Origin: Macrostomum lignano
Taxonomy: Eukaryota
Direction: 5' to 3'
Assembly (NCBI GenBank): GCA_002269645.1
Contig: NIVC01000366.1
Location: 1-64,000, forward strand
DNA: 64,000 nucleotides
A program made the translations under genes and the position numbers. The notes below the pieces were generated by a model. That model did no database searches. It was not told the origin of the DNA and worked only from the letters and a program-made list of their open reading frames with translations. Shown one piece after another: positions 62,650-64,000 of this stretch (position 1 is the stretch's first letter; the number at the start of each line of letters is the position of its first letter).

Positions 62650-63570
62650 AATGTATCATTTAGCATCACAGTTTGGCCTTAGCCATGGCGCAGGCACTCA
62701 GTGGGCTGATGCAGGAGAGCCAGTGCCAGAAGATTTTGCTTGCTCCGGCCATGGCTTCTTAGGCAATGGCCAAGTAACATCTGACAATGTTTATGGATAG
62801 TGCAGCTTAGCGCCAGAACACTAATGCGAGTCATCAGGTCCCTAGTTGGCAGTATCAGGGTAGTGCACACCCAGGGCATAGTGGATCTGCAACCTATAGT
62901 GAGCATCCAGGGCTTGCTGTTGCGTCACAGTCATTGGCAAAGCCTCTATGCCATATAGGAGAATCAGCTCAATGGCAATGCAGAAAAGGCACATCTTTAG
63001 GTCGTCACAAGTGGTTAAATTGAAGATGCTCCTGAGCATATGTGCCGCATGCCAGACCTGAGTCTTCCTGTCAAAGACAATGGTGTTGAGGCTCAAGACA
63101 AGGGAGCCGAGGTAGCGGAAGTCCTTGCACACCTTGTCAACTTCTCCATTTGGAAGAGCTAGCGCAGGGGTAGTTGTAATGCCCACGTGGAGCACCTTAG
63201 TCTTGGATGCATTGATCACCAAGCCAACTTGGGTGCCCTCTTCATAGAGTCTAGACAGAGCCCATTGCCCATTGGGCAGTAGCCGGATTGCAACACAGAA
63301 GGGCAATGTCGTCAGCATAGGCAAGAGCAGATAGCAAGATGGCGAGATGTCAGGAGCTTTGGTGTAAGACTAGCACATAGCCATCATCTTCATGCAGGCA
63401 TTGGCGAAGAACATAGTCTACCATAACAATGAAGAGTAGTGGAGCCAGCGTGTCACCCTGAAGGATGCCGGAAGTTGTGTTAAATTCTTCAGTGGGGCCG
63501 TCACTTGACTGAACAAATGCTCTTGAATCGCTGTGAATCGCTCTTGAATTAATTTTAATTACTGGTAGCA
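62650..63570 (-). mobile_element. Degenerate non-LTR (RTE-like) reverse-transcriptase fragment, copy 2
   Basis: GILQGDTLAPLLFIVMVDYVL, AYADD region, GLVINASKTKV, DFRYLGS, ILLYGIEA; frameshifted. Confidence 0.85.
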
Positions 63571-64000
63571 CATGGATTTATCTACTAGTAATGTATATAA
63601 TTATTTACTGGCCTGAGTGGTCCTATGGCATTGTCTACTCTATTATCCCTTATTCTATTCTTCTAAGGGGTTTTCTTTCAGTCATATGCATTCCTAGGAT
63701 CAAAGGGTCACAGGCTCATAGCTTACTTGCTGGGTGTTTTACCCTGAGGTAGGTTTCTTAGACTCTAAGTATGGATTCTCTTAGATTCTCTTAGATTCTA
63801 AATCTAAGAGTTCTCGTTCTCTAAAAATGGATCAAATCCTCCCAATTTGGGGCTCTTTCTAATTTGCTATCTTTTACTCAAAAGAAGTAATGCAAGAGAT
63901 CCCTGAGGCTGATTGAATTTTGTCTCCAAATAGAACAACTGAAGAGATGCTTAGCATGCTTAAAAGAACTGCAATTTATAAGAACAGTTATTGTTTAATA

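Overview
Eukaryotic (metazoan) genomic DNA with spliceosomal introns. There is no prokaryotic or CRISPR content. Private intronic minisatellites, short Ly6 genes and TTAGGG suggest a free-living flatworm such as Macrostomum; this is inference and was not verified. Left half (0-30 kb): housekeeping genes on + (3' part of UBE2S, TIM22 with two apparent frameshifts, complete 6-exon CUL4) and an 8-exon CNBD2-like cyclic-nucleotide-binding gene on -. Almost every long intron, UTR or spacer is filled by its own 20-53 bp tandem repeat. Insertions there include a hAT-type MITE, a solo-LTR-like element, a SINE and a Helentron. Right half (30-64 kb): accessory region with a secreted F-type lectin, three intact short 8-cysteine Ly6/three-finger genes plus a pseudo-exon, and two Crypton/DUF3504 tyrosine-recombinase relics with a recurring ACCATAGA terminal motif. 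It also holds a head-to-tail Helitron dimer just upstream of one Ly6 gene, and degenerate LINE fragments. Most long ORFs in the track are tandem-repeat artefacts. All exon models and alignments were made by eye.
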